DNA of 64,000 bases from an uncultured Actinomycetes bacterium. Its GTDB lineage: Bacteria > Actinomycetota > Thermoleophilia > Gaiellales > JALYLC01. Below the pieces are notes generated by a model. The model searched no databases. It was not told the origin of the DNA and saw only the letters and a program-made list of their open reading frames with translations. Shown piece by piece: positions 39,762 to 48,863 of the stretch. The position numbers and the translations under genes are program-made. The stretch covers positions 82,976-146,975 of the forward strand of contig CAWIBP010000005.1 in NCBI GenBank assembly GCA_963834415.1. Direction: 5' to 3'. The stretch's first letter is position 1. Each line of letters starts with the position of its first letter.

Positions 39762-40500
39762 CCGGACCGCCCGATCGGCATCCTCGCCGAGGATGCCGAC
39801 GGGGTCGCGGTCGCGCGTGCCCTGCAGCGCCTGCTGCCGAGGGAGGATCTCCTGCTGCTGTGCGACGACGCCTACGCGCCCTATGCGCGCAGGCGTCCCG
39901 CCGTGGTCGTGCGGCGCGTCGGCGAGCTGCTCGCCGAGCTGCGTGCGCGGCGGTGCCAAGCTGATCGTGCTCGCCTCGGCGCAGGGGGCGCTCGACGCGC
40001 TCGCACTGCAGCCGCAGGGCCGCGTGTCGGTGATCGGCCTCGAGGCGCCGATCCTGCAGGCGGGCACGGCCTGCGGCGGGGGCTCGGTCGCGGCGGTCGT
40101 CGCGGCCGGCACGATCCGCGGGCGCGCCTTCGGGCAGGCGCTGCGGCAGCAGCGCGGCGCCTCGGCGATCCACGTGGAGGAGTGGCAGCTCGACGCGGCG
40201 GCGATCGTCGCGCGCGTGCCCGAGCTGCTCGCGGCCGGCGTGGGTGCGCTGGCCCTGACGTCACCCGCCCTCTCGCGGCTGCGCCCGGCGATCGACGAGG
40301 CGGCCGGTGGTGCGCTCGCGATCGTCGAGGCCGGCGATGTGGCGGCCGCCCGCGCGCAGCGCACGCTGCACCACGCCGGCCTGCTCGCACGGCGCAAGCG
40401 CCCCGGGCGCCTGATCGTGACCTCGAGCAACCCGGCCGGCGCGGCCGGGCGGATCAGCGCGAGCGCCGCGGCGGCTCGTACGGCAGGGAGTCCCGCGTGA
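39762..40500 (+). pseudogene. Asp/Glu racemase superfamily-like protein lacking both catalytic Cys, frame-disrupted
   Basis: SPDRPIGILAEDADGVAVARAL...VGELLAELRAR in one frame, then GAKLIVLASAQGALDAL...GALALTSPAL in track ORF 39793..40500. The start is not identifiable. The 3' end overlaps a convergent GT2 gene by 47 nt. Confidence 0.5.
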
Positions 40501-41404
40501 GCAGCGGCCACAGCTCGCGCACGCCGGTGCGCCTGCGCACCTCGCGCCGGCGGCGCAGGGCGCGCGGTGCCTCGCGCGCATACGGCGTCAGCCGCCGCAC
40601 GTAGCCGCGCACGCCCTCGCGTGCGGCGCGCGTCTCGTAGGCCTCGCGCGCCGGCAGCAGGGCGAGATACAGGGCGAGCAGCGGCAGTGGCAGGCCCTTG
40701 AGCGCGAGGATCGCCTTGTTGCGGCGCTCCAGCGCGGCGCGCCAGTCACCCGACGATGCGCCCTGCGCGTGGTGCACGACCGCGTCCGGCACGTACAGGC
40801 AGTGATGGCCGGCGAGCGCTGCGCGCAGGTCGAGGTCGACGTCCTCCCACGAGAGGAAGAGCTGCTCGTCGAAGAGGCCGATGTCGTGAAACAGGCTGCG
40901 GCGGTAGAGCGCTGCGCCCGCGCACGCGCCGAAGACGATGCGCGGCTCGTCGAAGCGCGGACCGTCGGGCTCGCGGATGCCGCGGTTGTAGCCGCCGCGG
41001 CCGCGCACGTCGAAGCCGTCACCGGCCGCGTTGACGCCGCGCTCGCCGGTGAAGAGCATGCGCGAGGCCGCGAACGACAGTCCCGGATCGCGCTCGAGCG
41101 CCGCGACCAGGGCCGCGAGCCAGCCCGGCTCGGGCACGGCGTCGTTGTTGAGCAGGGCCACGTAGGGGCTGTCCGAGATCGCGATGCCGTGATTGACGGC
41201 GGCGGCGAAGCCCTTGTTGGCGGCGAGCATGTGCCATTCGGCGCCGTGCGCCTCGCTGATCGCCTGCGAGCCGTCGACCGAGCCGCTGTCGATCACGAGC
41301 ACGCGCGCGGGGGCGCGCGTCTGCGCGGCGACGCCGTCGAGGCACGCTTCGAGCAGCGCCTCGCCGTCGAGATTCGGGATCACGAGATCGACCGCTGCGC
41401 TCAC
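40454..41404 (-). CDS. glycosyltransferase family 2
   Basis: VDLVIPNLDG...VLVIDSGSVDGS...NKGFAAAVN...SWEDVDLDLR. Intact 316 aa. Confidence 0.85.
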   Translation of the reverse strand: MSAAVDLVIPNLDGEALLEACLDGVAAQTRAPARVLVIDSGSVDGSQAISEAHGAEWHMLAANKGFAAAVNHGIAISDSPYVALLNNDAVPEPGWLAALVAALERDPGLSFAASRMLFTGERGVNAAGDGFDVRGRGGYNRGIREPDGPRFDEPRIVFGACAGAALYRRSLFHDIGLFDEQLFLSWEDVDLDLRAALAGHHCLYVPDAVVHHAQGASSGDWRAALERRNKAILALKGLPLPLLALYLALLPAREAYETRAAREGVRGYVRRLTPYAREAPRALRRRREVRRRTGVRELWPLLTRDSLPYEPPRRSR

Positions 41405-41449
41405 GGCCGCATCATGCCCGCCCGCGTCGCGCGGGCGCTGAGGCGCCCC

Positions 41450-41677
41450 TCAGGCGGCGTCGCGCGCCGCGCTGCCGACGGCCTCGAGCGCGTGCTCGAA
41501 GCCGATGTACAGCGAGGGGCAGAGGAAGGCGTCGCGCGCCTCGGCGGCGGGCACGCCGATGACGTGCTCCGAGCCGGCGTCCTCCTGCACGTGCAGCCAG
41601 ATGATCTGCGTGCGATCGTCCCAGAGCAGCCGCACGGTGGCGGCGTTCTCGCGGCGGCTGTCGAGTTCCTGAAGCAT
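41450..41677 (-). CDS. small hypothetical protein (75 aa)
   Basis: ATG at 41677 reads MLQELDSRRENAATVRLLWDDRTQIIWLHVQEDAGSEHVIGVPAAEARDAFLCPSLYIGF. High GC3. No family recognised. Confidence 0.45.
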   Translation of the reverse strand: MLQELDSRRENAATVRLLWDDRTQIIWLHVQEDAGSEHVIGVPAAEARDAFLCPSLYIGFEHALEAVGSAARDAA

Positions 41678-41856
41678 GGTTGCGGGCGAGCAGGCACGCG
41701 ACGGCATGCTTGCGCACGCACGTCCGGCCCCTCGGGAGCAGTCTTGCACATCGCTCCACCGGCTGCCCGGCTACCCGCTCGCGCCGTTCAACGGTCGCGA
41801 TCGACCGCTCGTCGAGCAGCGCCGGTGCCGGCGCGTGGCAGCCGCATCCTGGAGCC

Positions 41857-42614
41857 GTGACCAGCTTTCCCCACACCCTCGCAGTCGTCCCGACCTACAA
41901 CGAGGCGCCGACGCTGCATCAGCTCGTCGAGGCCTTCGAGCGCGCCGCCCCGGGCATCGACCTGCTCGTCGTCGGACGACGCCTCGCCCGACGGCACCGG
42001 CGCGCTCGCCGAGCGCATGGCCGCAACCCGCTCGTGGATGCACGTCCTGCACCGGCCCGGCAAGGACGGGCTCGGCAACGCCTACCGCGCCGGCTTCGCC
42101 TGGGCGCTCGAGCGCGACTACGACGCCATTGCCCAGCTCGACGCCGGATCTCTCCCACCCGCCCGCGCTCCTGCCGCAGATGCTCGACGCGCTCGAGCGC
42201 GGCGCCGACCTCGTGCTCGGCTCGCGCTACGCGCCCGGCGGCGGCAGCGACGGCTGGCCGCTGCACCGGCGGCTCGCGAGCCGCGCCGGCTGTGCGCTCT
42301 CGGCACGGGCGCTCGGCCTCCCCTACTCGGATCTCTCGGGCGGGCTCAAGCTCTGGCGCGCGTCCGCGCTGGAGGCGATCGACGTCGCCTCGACGCGCTC
42401 GCAGGGCTACGTCTTCCAGGTCGAGACGACGCAGCGCGCTCATCGTGCCGGCCTGCGCGTCGTCGAGCTGCCGTTCACGTTCCGCGACCGCACCGCCGGC
42501 CAGTCGAAGATGCGGCCGTCGATCGCGCTCGAGGGCGTCCGGATGGTCGCCCGCCTGCGGCGCGACGGCTGGAAGCCTCAGCGCGCGGCGTCGGCCGTCC
42601 GCACCGCGGCGTAG
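41857..42614 (+). pseudogene. polyprenol-monophosphomannose synthase-like GT2 (Ppm1/DPM1-like), frame-disrupted (two apparent +1 insertions)
   Basis: LAVVPTYNEAPTL...DLLVV, then DDASPDGTGALAERMA...GKDGLGNAYRAGF...AQLDA, then DLSHPPALLPQML...GSRY...QGYVFQVE. Junctions are near 41978 and 42146. Confidence 0.85.
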
Positions 42615-43336
42615 CCGGAGTCCGCGACCGCGTCGAAGCGCTGCACGGCGCCCAGCGCGAGCGCGCTGCGGCCCGTCGCGGTACCGGCGAGCCCGGTCAG
42701 CGCGTCGCGCAGCGCCGTCGCGAGCCCGTCGTCGCCCGCCACGAGCGCGACCGGCGGGCTCGGCATCCTGCCCAGGCGCGCGATGCGCGTGAGCGCTGCG
42801 AGCGAGGGATCGGCGCGCAGCTCGAGCGCGAGCACGGTCGAGTCGATCGGCGCGGCCTCGACCTCCCCGCGCGCGAGCGCCCGCAGCGAGTTGCGGTGGC
42901 TGCCGGTGCGCACCCAGTCATAGTCGTCGGGATCGATGCCGAGCTCGCGCAGCGCGTGGCGCGGCAGGACCCAGCCCGAGAGCGAGTCGTCGCCGTTGAA
43001 CCCCACGCGGGCGCCGCGCAGATCCTCGGGCGCCGTCGCGCTCACCCCGGCGGCGACGAGCAGGTCGGCGCGGTACCAGGAGCCGTCCTCGTCGTCCGGC
43101 ACGGGCGCGGCCAGCGGCTCGATCGGCGCCCCGGCGTCGCGCATGCGCGTGTAGGGCAGCCCGCACACGAAGAGCAGCGCGGGTGGGCCGGCGACGACGG
43201 CGGGGAGCTCGGCGAGGGGCGTCTCGCGCAGCGGCTCGATCGTCGTGCCGGCGGCCTCGGCGATGGCCTGCGCCACGGCCTCGTAGTGCGGGCGGGCGGC
43301 CTGGCCGAGAAAGCTGTGGACGGCGAGCGCGGGCAT
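42578..43336 (-). CDS. PhnD-like phosphate/phosphonate-type substrate-binding domain protein
   Basis: ATG at 43336. LLFVCGLPY...RVGFNGDDSLSGW...IDSTVLALE. No signal peptide and no adjacent ABC genes. Confidence 0.6.
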   Translation of the reverse strand: MPALAVHSFLGQAARPHYEAVAQAIAEAAGTTIEPLRETPLAELPAVVAGPPALLFVCGLPYTRMRDAGAPIEPLAAPVPDDEDGSWYRADLLVAAGVSATAPEDLRGARVGFNGDDSLSGWVLPRHALRELGIDPDDYDWVRTGSHRNSLRALARGEVEAAPIDSTVLALELRADPSLAALTRIARLGRMPSPPVALVAGDDGLATALRDALTGLAGTATGRSALALGAVQRFDAVADSGYAAVRTADAAR

Positions 43337-43359
43337 GCGCCGCAGCGTACCCAGGTGCG

Positions 43360-44307
43360 TCAGACCGGCGGGAAGATGCGCACGTGCATGTGGTTGTCGT
43401 GGCCGGCGAGCGGCTCGACGACGCCCGCAGGGCCGTACAGCGGGAGGTGCGGACCGACGAAGACGAACTCGGCCTTCGCGGCGATGAAGCGCCGCAGGAG
43501 ATCGCGCGAGAGCTCGATGTCCACCTGCTCGAGGGTCGTCGGCGCCGCCTCGACGCGGTCGACGCGCGGGTAGTACACGTCGACGTCGAGGCCGTTCTGG
43601 TGCGAGACGTGCTCGTCGAGCGGGCCTCCGCCGTGCCGGCTGAGGTCGCCGACCACGACCCGCGGGGCGCCGGGGTTGTCGGCGTGATACGCGGCGATCA
43701 CCGAGACGAGGAGCCGCACGAGCTTCTCGCTGCCGTAGCGGCGATAGCCGCGATCCGGCACGCGATCGAGCGCCGGATCCCAGGTGATCCACTGCGGGCT
43801 CTGGGCCGGGAGCTGCACGCCGTCGATCAGGCGCCCGTGGTACGGCACGCCGAGCGAGATCGAGTCGCGCCAGAGCAGCTCGGGCATGACCGCGGAGCTG
43901 CCGCCGCGCGAGGGCGCGTCGGGCGCCAGCGGTGCAAGCCGCGGCAGCGCCGGCGGGGCGAAGCTGACCGGCGGCAGCGGCAGCGGCGCGGGCGAGGCGC
44001 CGCCAAGCAGCACGCGAGCGATCGGGATGGGCGAGAGCGCGAGCGCCGTCACGGTGGGCAGGAAGCGGCGCCGGAAACGGCGTTTGCGCTCGGCCGACCA
44101 GGGCCGGCGGTGCGGCCGCACGCGCGTGGGTGCCGGCCGCGTGACGACGACGGCGACGGGCTGCGGCGCGGGCGGCGGGATGCGCAGGACGCGGGGCGGC
44201 GCGATCTCGGCGCCGCCGCGCGGGGCTATACGAACCCGCTCGCGCGCCACCACCGCGAGCTGCTTGGGTCCGGGATCACGCGAGCGACGTGCCTCGACAG
44301 CGGCCAC
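43360..44307 (-). CDS. penicillin-insensitive murein endopeptidase-like LAS metallopeptidase (MepA/M74-like)
   Basis: HVSHQNGLDVDV and GHDNHMHV zinc motifs, plus an RKRRFRRRFLPTVTALALS Tat-like signal. The N-terminal start is uncertain. Confidence 0.7.
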   Translation of the reverse strand: MAAVEARRSRDPGPKQLAVVARERVRIAPRGGAEIAPPRVLRIPPPAPQPVAVVVTRPAPTRVRPHRRPWSAERKRRFRRRFLPTVTALALSPIPIARVLLGGASPAPLPLPPVSFAPPALPRLAPLAPDAPSRGGSSAVMPELLWRDSISLGVPYHGRLIDGVQLPAQSPQWITWDPALDRVPDRGYRRYGSEKLVRLLVSVIAAYHADNPGAPRVVVGDLSRHGGGPLDEHVSHQNGLDVDVYYPRVDRVEAAPTTLEQVDIELSRDLLRRFIAAKAEFVFVGPHLPLYGPAGVVEPLAGHDNHMHVRIFPPV

Positions 44308-44350
44308 GCCTTCATCCTAGTCCGATCCCCAGAGAACGACTCCGGTCGGG

Positions 44351-45118
44351 TCAGCCTGCGGGGATCGAGGTCAGCCCGCCGTCGATCGTGAAGCAGCCAC
44401 CCGTGATGTAGGCGGCGTCGTCCGAGCTCAGGAAGACCGCGAGCTTGCCGACCTCGCGCGGGTCGCCCATGCGGCCCATCGGCACGGTGCGCAGGTAGAA
44501 GGGCTCGTCGATCACGCCGAGCGCGACGTCGGCGTCCCACATCGGCGTGCGCTGGATCCCGGGCGCGATCGCGTTGACGCGCACGCCGCTCGGCGCCCAC
44601 TCGCCGGCGGCGACCTGCGTCATCATCAGCACGGCCGCCTTGACGGCGCAGTAGGCGACGCGCCCGGGGTTCGGCGAGAAGCCGCGGATCGACGAGATGT
44701 TGACGACGCTCCCCGAGCCCTGCGGGAGCAGGTGCCGCGCGGCCGCGCGCATGCAGTAGAAGACGCCGGTCTGCATCACGCCGACGGTCTCGGCCCAGGC
44801 CTCGTCGGTGGTGTCGATGATCGACGGCCCGACGTGGCTCACGCCCGCGTTGTTGACGACGATGTCGAGCCGGCCGAGATCCTTCGGCACCGCGGCGAAC
44901 GCGGCGTCGACCTGATCCACCTGGCTGACGTCGACCGCGTAGGCGCGAGCCTGCACGCCGAGCGCCCGCAGCTGCTCGGCCGCGACCTCCCCGGCGGTCG
45001 CGTCGCGGTCGGCGATGGCGACGTCGCAGCCGGCGGCTGCGAGCTCCTGAGCGATCGCGAGGCCGATGCCGGCCCCACCTCCCGTGACGATGGCGACTCG
45101 GCCTTGAAGCGTTCCCAT
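44351..45118 (-). CDS. short-chain dehydrogenase/reductase
   Basis: AIVTGGGAGIGLAIA, NNAG and YCAVK motifs. Intact. Confidence 0.9.
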   Translation of the reverse strand: MGTLQGRVAIVTGGGAGIGLAIAQELAAAGCDVAIADRDATAGEVAAEQLRALGVQARAYAVDVSQVDQVDAAFAAVPKDLGRLDIVVNNAGVSHVGPSIIDTTDEAWAETVGVMQTGVFYCMRAAARHLLPQGSGSVVNISSIRGFSPNPGRVAYCAVKAAVLMMTQVAAGEWAPSGVRVNAIAPGIQRTPMWDADVALGVIDEPFYLRTVPMGRMGDPREVGKLAVFLSSDDAAYITGGCFTIDGGLTSIPAG

Positions 45119-45136
45119 GCGCGGGAACGCTACGGG

Positions 45137-46495
45137 TTACGGACCGCCGACGTAGCGCGTGACGACGACGTCGAGGTAGGCGCCGCCCATCGCGGCATCC
45201 GCGCGGCGGCCGGCGACGGCGAAGCCGAGCGCGGAGGGTGCGATCGCCGTCGCGTAGCCCGTTGCCCCGAGCGTCGTCGTCGCGATCCCGTTGGGCGCCC
45301 AGGTCGTGTCGGGTAGGCCGGCCGGCGTCAGGCGCGCGACCGCGAACGACGAGACGTTGCCGCTCAGGATCGCGCCGCCCGCGATCAGGATCCGGCCGTC
45401 GGACTGCAGCGTCAGCGCGTGTCCCTGGTTGCCGCCGGTGCCGGCCAGCAGGCGCACGACGCCGGCCGTGCCGAAGCCCGGTGCGGGCGCGCCCGTGGGC
45501 GAGAGCTTGGCGACCAGCAGCCGGCGGGCGCTGGCCGCGCCGGTTCCCTCGCCACCGGCGAGCACGCTGTTGTCGGGCAGCACGCGCACCGCATGCAGGG
45601 CGGAGGTCGGGATCGTCACGGTGCCGCCGCTGCCGAACGCGGCGTCGGGCGCCCCGCTCGCGCTGAAGCTCGAGATCGCGCCGTTGATCGCGGCGGTGAC
45701 GTAGGCGCCGTCGGGCCGCACGGCCACGCCGTGGTACTGGCGCCCTGCGAGCGCGGTGTCGACCTGCAGGCCGTCGGTCGAGAGCCCGTCGATCACGACG
45801 CCGGAGGAGCCGGTCGTCGCACGCGTGACGGGCGAGCTGCCCCAGGTGCCGCAGCCGTTGACGCGCGCCGAGGCACCCGTCACCTGCACGACGGCGCGCG
45901 CGCCGTAGAAGCGATACGGCGTGCCGTGCCAGCGATCGCGGGCCTGCCCGGCGATCACGACGCTGCCGTCGGGTCGCGCGGCGATCGCGTGGGCGGTGTA
46001 GTCGATCAGGTGCGGCGCGAAGCAGACGACGCTCGAGGTCATGGCGCCCGTGGGCGAGAAGCGCGCGACGAACATCGACTGCGAGCCGCCGAAGCCGGTG
46101 GCGAGCACGTTGCCGGCGGCGTCGAGCGCCAGCGCGGTGGCCGCGGAGGCACCGGGCGAGGTCGTCGGCGTGCCGGCGAAGCGCGCCGTCACGAAGCCGC
46201 CGGAGCCGTAGGTCGTGTCGAGCGTGCCGTCGGCGTTGAAGCGCGCGAGCGTCATCGCGCCGCCGCGGGCGCCGCCGACGACGATGCGCCCGTCGGCCTG
46301 CGCGACGGCCGGGATGCGGACGCTCCCGGTCGACCACGCGAGCCCCTGCGCGTTCGTGCCGACTCGCACCGCGCCGCCGTTGAAGGTCGGGTCGAGCGTG
46401 CCGTCGGCCTGTGCGACGGCGCTGCCCGCGAGGGTGATCGCGAGGGCACTTGCTGCTGTCGCGGCACGCAGCCGCCTGCTCGTGAAGATAGCCAC
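45137..46495 (-). CDS. secreted delta-60 repeat (beta-propeller-like) protein
   Basis: Signal peptide ...LAGSAVAQADG. Repeated DGTLDxTFGxGG / ARxxxDGxLD units. Confidence 0.8.
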   Translation of the reverse strand: MAIFTSRRLRAATAASALAITLAGSAVAQADGTLDPTFNGGAVRVGTNAQGLAWSTGSVRIPAVAQADGRIVVGGARGGAMTLARFNADGTLDTTYGSGGFVTARFAGTPTTSPGASAATALALDAAGNVLATGFGGSQSMFVARFSPTGAMTSSVVCFAPHLIDYTAHAIAARPDGSVVIAGQARDRWHGTPYRFYGARAVVQVTGASARVNGCGTWGSSPVTRATTGSSGVVIDGLSTDGLQVDTALAGRQYHGVAVRPDGAYVTAAINGAISSFSASGAPDAAFGSGGTVTIPTSALHAVRVLPDNSVLAGGEGTGAASARRLLVAKLSPTGAPAPGFGTAGVVRLLAGTGGNQGHALTLQSDGRILIAGGAILSGNVSSFAVARLTPAGLPDTTWAPNGIATTTLGATGYATAIAPSALGFAVAGRRADAAMGGAYLDVVVTRYVGGP

Positions 46496-46631
46496 ACCGC
46501 TATGAAAGCGGGCGCACCCGCGTTGTGCGCAGGGCGGACGGCCGGTCCGGCCTACCCCGTTCGGGGGGGCATAGGCGAGGCGGCGTCGCCGTCCTCATTC
46601 GCTATATTTCATTTTATAACGATCTGGAGGA

Positions 46632-46964
46632 ATGTTCATGACCGCCTTGCCCGACGCCATCACCCGCTACCTCGCGGCCGCGGACGCCCAGGATTCCGAT
46701 GCGGTGGCCGCTGCCTTCAACGAGGACGGCAGCGTCCGCGACGAGGGCGCAACGCATGCGGGACGCGCTGCGATCCGGGCCTGGCGCGAGGCCGTCGGGC
46801 AGAAGTACACGTACACGACGGAGGTGACCGGCAGCGAGCACACCGGCGAGGGCGAGTACCGCGTCCTCACGCACGTCGTGGGCGACTTCCCGGGCGGCGA
46901 GGTCGATCTCGCGTTCGACTTCGTGATCCGCGGCGACCACATCGCGTCGCTCACGATCGGCTGA
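46632..46964 (+). CDS. SnoaL-like / NTF2-fold protein
   Basis: GGAGG SD precedes the start. The 110-aa ORF has YLAAADAQDSDAVAAAFNEDGSV. Confidence 0.8.
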   Translation: MFMTALPDAITRYLAAADAQDSDAVAAAFNEDGSVRDEGATHAGRAAIRAWREAVGQKYTYTTEVTGSEHTGEGEYRVLTHVVGDFPGGEVDLAFDFVIRGDHIASLTIG

Positions 46965-46985
46965 CCGAGGCGCTACGGTCGCCGC

Positions 46986-47702
46986 ATGCCGCCCGGACGT
47001 CCCAAGGCCGACGACAACGCCGCCACGGCGCGCGACCGCCTGCTGCGGGCGGCCGCCGAGCTGCTCGAGGAGGCCGGCGGCGCCGAGGTCTCGACGCGCG
47101 CGATCTGCGAGCGCGCAGGCGCCCAGGCGCCGACGCTCTACCACCACTTCGGCAGCAAGCAGGGCCTCTTCGACGCCGTCATGACCCATGGCTTCAAGCA
47201 GTTCCTGGCGGAGCGCGCCGAGGCGGGCGGTCACCGCGACGCGCTCGGCGACATCCGCGAGGGCTGGGACACGCACGTGCGCTTCGGCCTCGCCAATCCG
47301 GCGTTCGCGGCGCTCGTCTACGGCCGGGCGCTGCCGGGCGAGCCCTGCGGGGTCGTTGCCGAGGTCGAGGCGATGATCCTGCGAGCGCTCGCTCCGGCCG
47401 CGCGCGAGCGCCGGCTGCGCGTGCCGCCGGAGCACGCCGCGCGGCAGATCGTCGCAGCGAGCACGGGCGTCGTCCTGACCCTGATCGCCCAGCCCGGCGA
47501 GCCCGATCTGACACTCTCGGACCAGGTGCGTGACGCGATCCTCGACCACGTCACGGTGCCGGATGGCGCGGAGCCGGCCGGCGATGCCTCGCTCGCATCG
47601 GCCGCGATCGCGCTGGTCGCCGCGCTCGAGGGCGAGCCCGGCGCGCTGAGCTCCGGCGAGTCGGCGCTGCTGCGCGAGTGGCTCGGCCGCCTCAGCGACT
47701 GA
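46986..47702 (+). CDS. TetR family transcriptional regulator
   Basis: RDRLLRAAAELLEEAGGAEVSTRAICERAGAQAPTLYHHFGSKQGLF HTH. Confidence 0.9.
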   Translation: MPPGRPKADDNAATARDRLLRAAAELLEEAGGAEVSTRAICERAGAQAPTLYHHFGSKQGLFDAVMTHGFKQFLAERAEAGGHRDALGDIREGWDTHVRFGLANPAFAALVYGRALPGEPCGVVAEVEAMILRALAPAARERRLRVPPEHAARQIVAASTGVVLTLIAQPGEPDLTLSDQVRDAILDHVTVPDGAEPAGDASLASAAIALVAALEGEPGALSSGESALLREWLGRLSD

Positions 47703-47706
47703 GTCG

Positions 47707-48301
47707 TCAGCGCGGGGCGAAGCCGAGCGCCCGGCGCATGCGCGTCTTGAGGTGCACCGCGTCGATCGGCGGCAGCACGCGCGGGCAGGTCGGTCGCAGC
47801 CCGACCTTGAAGGCCGCGAGCCCGGGCCCGCTGAACGCGGTCAGCCGGTCGCGCACCGCGCCGATGCCGGCCGGCTGGTCGACCGCGGCCGTCCAGGCGA
47901 AGGCGCACGCGGCTGCGACCTCGTCGAGACGCACGCCCGACGCCGTGTGGCTGTGCTGCATGCCCGTCTCGCCGTAGCGCTCGTTGTCGAGCACGGCGAT
48001 CGTCGAGGTTGGCCGGCCGCTGCACGCCGATCGTCGCGAGCGCGCCGAGGCCCATCAGCAGCTCGCCGTCGCCCGTGATCACGAGCACCGGCCGCTCCGG
48101 CTGCGCGAGCGCGAGCCCGAGCCCGACCGTCGCCGCGCTGCCCATGGCGCCCCACAGGTAGAAGTTCAGATCGTGGTCGCCGGCGGCCATCACGTCGTAC
48201 GACGGCGAGCCGAGGCCGCTGACGACGAGCAGCCCGTCGCGCCCCGCGAGCAGCTCGCGCACGACGGCGCGGCGCTCGAGCCCTGGAGCGGGTGCGCTCA
48301 C
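47707..48301 (-). pseudogene. ThDP-dependent sulfopyruvate/phosphonopyruvate decarboxylase beta-subunit-like, frame-disrupted
   Basis: GTGA-coupled GTG at 48301. GAMGSAATVGLGLALA...VITGDGELLMGLGAL, then after a frame change IAVLDNERYGETG (track ORF 47707..47994). The junction is near 48010 and the length is 1 mod 3. Confidence 0.75.
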
Positions 48302-48817
48302 CAGACCTTGCTCCCGATCAGGCGCTGGCCGAGCAGCACGGCGCCGCTGAGGTCGCCGGCGAACGTCATCGCCAGCGCGCCGCGCACGAGCGGCTCGACG
48401 TCCTCGGGGCGATCGGCGCGCCACGTGCGCACGCCCATCAGCTCGAGGCTGCCCTGCGCGGCGCCGCCGGCCGGGTTCTGCCAGGGGTTGAGCTCGGCCC
48501 ACTCGCCGCGCATCGTCACGAGCAGCAGCAGCGGGAAGCGCGCCTGCGCCGCGAGCGCGAGCGTGTTGATGCAGTTGCCGACGCCGCTCGACTGCATCAG
48601 CAACGCGCCGCGCACGCCGCCGAGCCAGGCTCCGGCGAGGTAGCCGATCCCTTCCTCCTCGGTCGTCAGCGGCACGGCCGTGATGCGCTCGTCGGCCTGG
48701 CTCAGCTCGATCACGCGCTTGTGGCCCGCGTCGGGGACGTACGCGACGGTGCGCACATCGGCGTCGAGCAGCGCTGCGAACGAGCAGGTCGGGCCAGTCG
48801 TCGGCGAGCGCGTTCAT
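48298..48817 (-). pseudogene. ThDP-dependent sulfopyruvate/phosphonopyruvate decarboxylase alpha-subunit-like, frame-disrupted
   Basis: MNALADDWPDLL, then after a frame change FAALLDADVRTVAYVPDAGHKRVIE...TTEEEGIGYLAGAWLGG (track ORF 48298..48756). The junction is near 48775. Confidence 0.75.
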
Positions 48818-48863
48818 CGCCGTAACTATGGCTCGCCCTTGCCAAGCAGGCACACTGCCGGCG

